Both the position numbers and the translations under genes were made by a program. Shown piece after piece: positions 63,909 to 64,000 of a DNA stretch of 64,000 nucleotides; the first letter of the stretch is position 1; every line of letters begins with the position of its first letter. The stretch is from an uncultured PS1 clade bacterium. GTDB lineage: Bacteria; Pseudomonadota; Alphaproteobacteria; MED-G09. Where the stretch lies: NCBI GenBank assembly GCA_902608415.1, contig CACLNZ010000001.1, positions 17,768 through 81,767 on the forward strand, given 5' to 3'. The notes beneath the pieces were generated by a model. That model ran no database searches. It saw only the letters and a program-made list of their open reading frames with translations, and was not told the origin of the DNA.

Positions 63909-64000
63909 GCTTAAGAGATTTGTCGCTATAGAATTGGCGGTTTTTTGATATTTTCATCTATATAAAAATCTACATATTTATGAAAGTATTGGTTACCTCT

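Noticed and set aside
1-64000. Search for CRISPR arrays, IS elements, integrases, phage genes, toxin-antitoxin or restriction-modification systems
   Set aside because: No direct-repeat arrays, no transposase, integrase or recombinase ORFs, and no unassigned multi-gene block were found. The one tRNA gene is not flanked by an island. The single methyltransferase (28958-29701) has an N6-adenine motif but no partner endonuclease, and it sits in a conserved ispB-adjacent context, so it more likely modifies tRNA or rRNA.
63981-64000. ATG followed by open frame (MKVLVTS...) at the extreme 3' end of the window
   Set aside because: Only about 7 codons are visible. I cannot tell whether this is a real gene start.

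Overview
This is a very AT-rich, gene-dense (about 97% coding) chromosomal segment. Intergenic gaps are mostly under 60 bp and there are many start/stop overlaps. Gene content and order look like a streamlined free-living alphaproteobacterium of the SAR11 (Pelagibacterales) type. This is inferred from the yqeY-dnaG-rpoD arrangement, the mutY/DUF721/dsbA-like/smc arrangement, the F0 operon with b and b-prime subunits, glycyl-tRNA synthetase followed by a PPDK-like gene, and AcuI/YhdH. Almost all of the roughly 65 coding regions are housekeeping genes. They cover LPS core (waaA, lpxK), pyrimidine (carAB, pyrC), the macromolecular-synthesis operon, isoprenoids (ispE, ispB, ispA, dxs), NAD (nadA, nadC), aromatic amino acids (class II DAHP synthase, aroC), fatty acids (fabI, KAS III), DNA repair (mutY, tag, family-4 UDG, xseB), F0 ATP synthase, smc, and tRNA/rRNA modification (tadA, rluB, rsmD, sua5, ygfZ). 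I found no transposase, integrase, phage, CRISPR, toxin-antitoxin or recognisable defence genes. The two features that most deserve follow-up are listed here. (1) A pyruvate-phosphate-dikinase-like gene that encodes only the ATP-grasp and phospho-histidine swivel domains and completely lacks the PEP/pyruvate-binding barrel. (2) A tight five-gene same-strand cluster (SDR, Baeyer-Villiger-type flavin monooxygenase, nitronate-monooxygenase-family flavoprotein, alpha/beta-hydrolase esterase, DUF1295 membrane protein) with a divergent MFS transporter, which looks like an alcohol to ketone to ester to acid oxidation pathway. One tRNA with a CAU anticodon lies between rpoD and an EttA-like ABC-F gene. 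The only clear intrinsic terminator follows hsp20. All functional calls come from motifs I recognised by eye in the supplied translations. No database searches were run.
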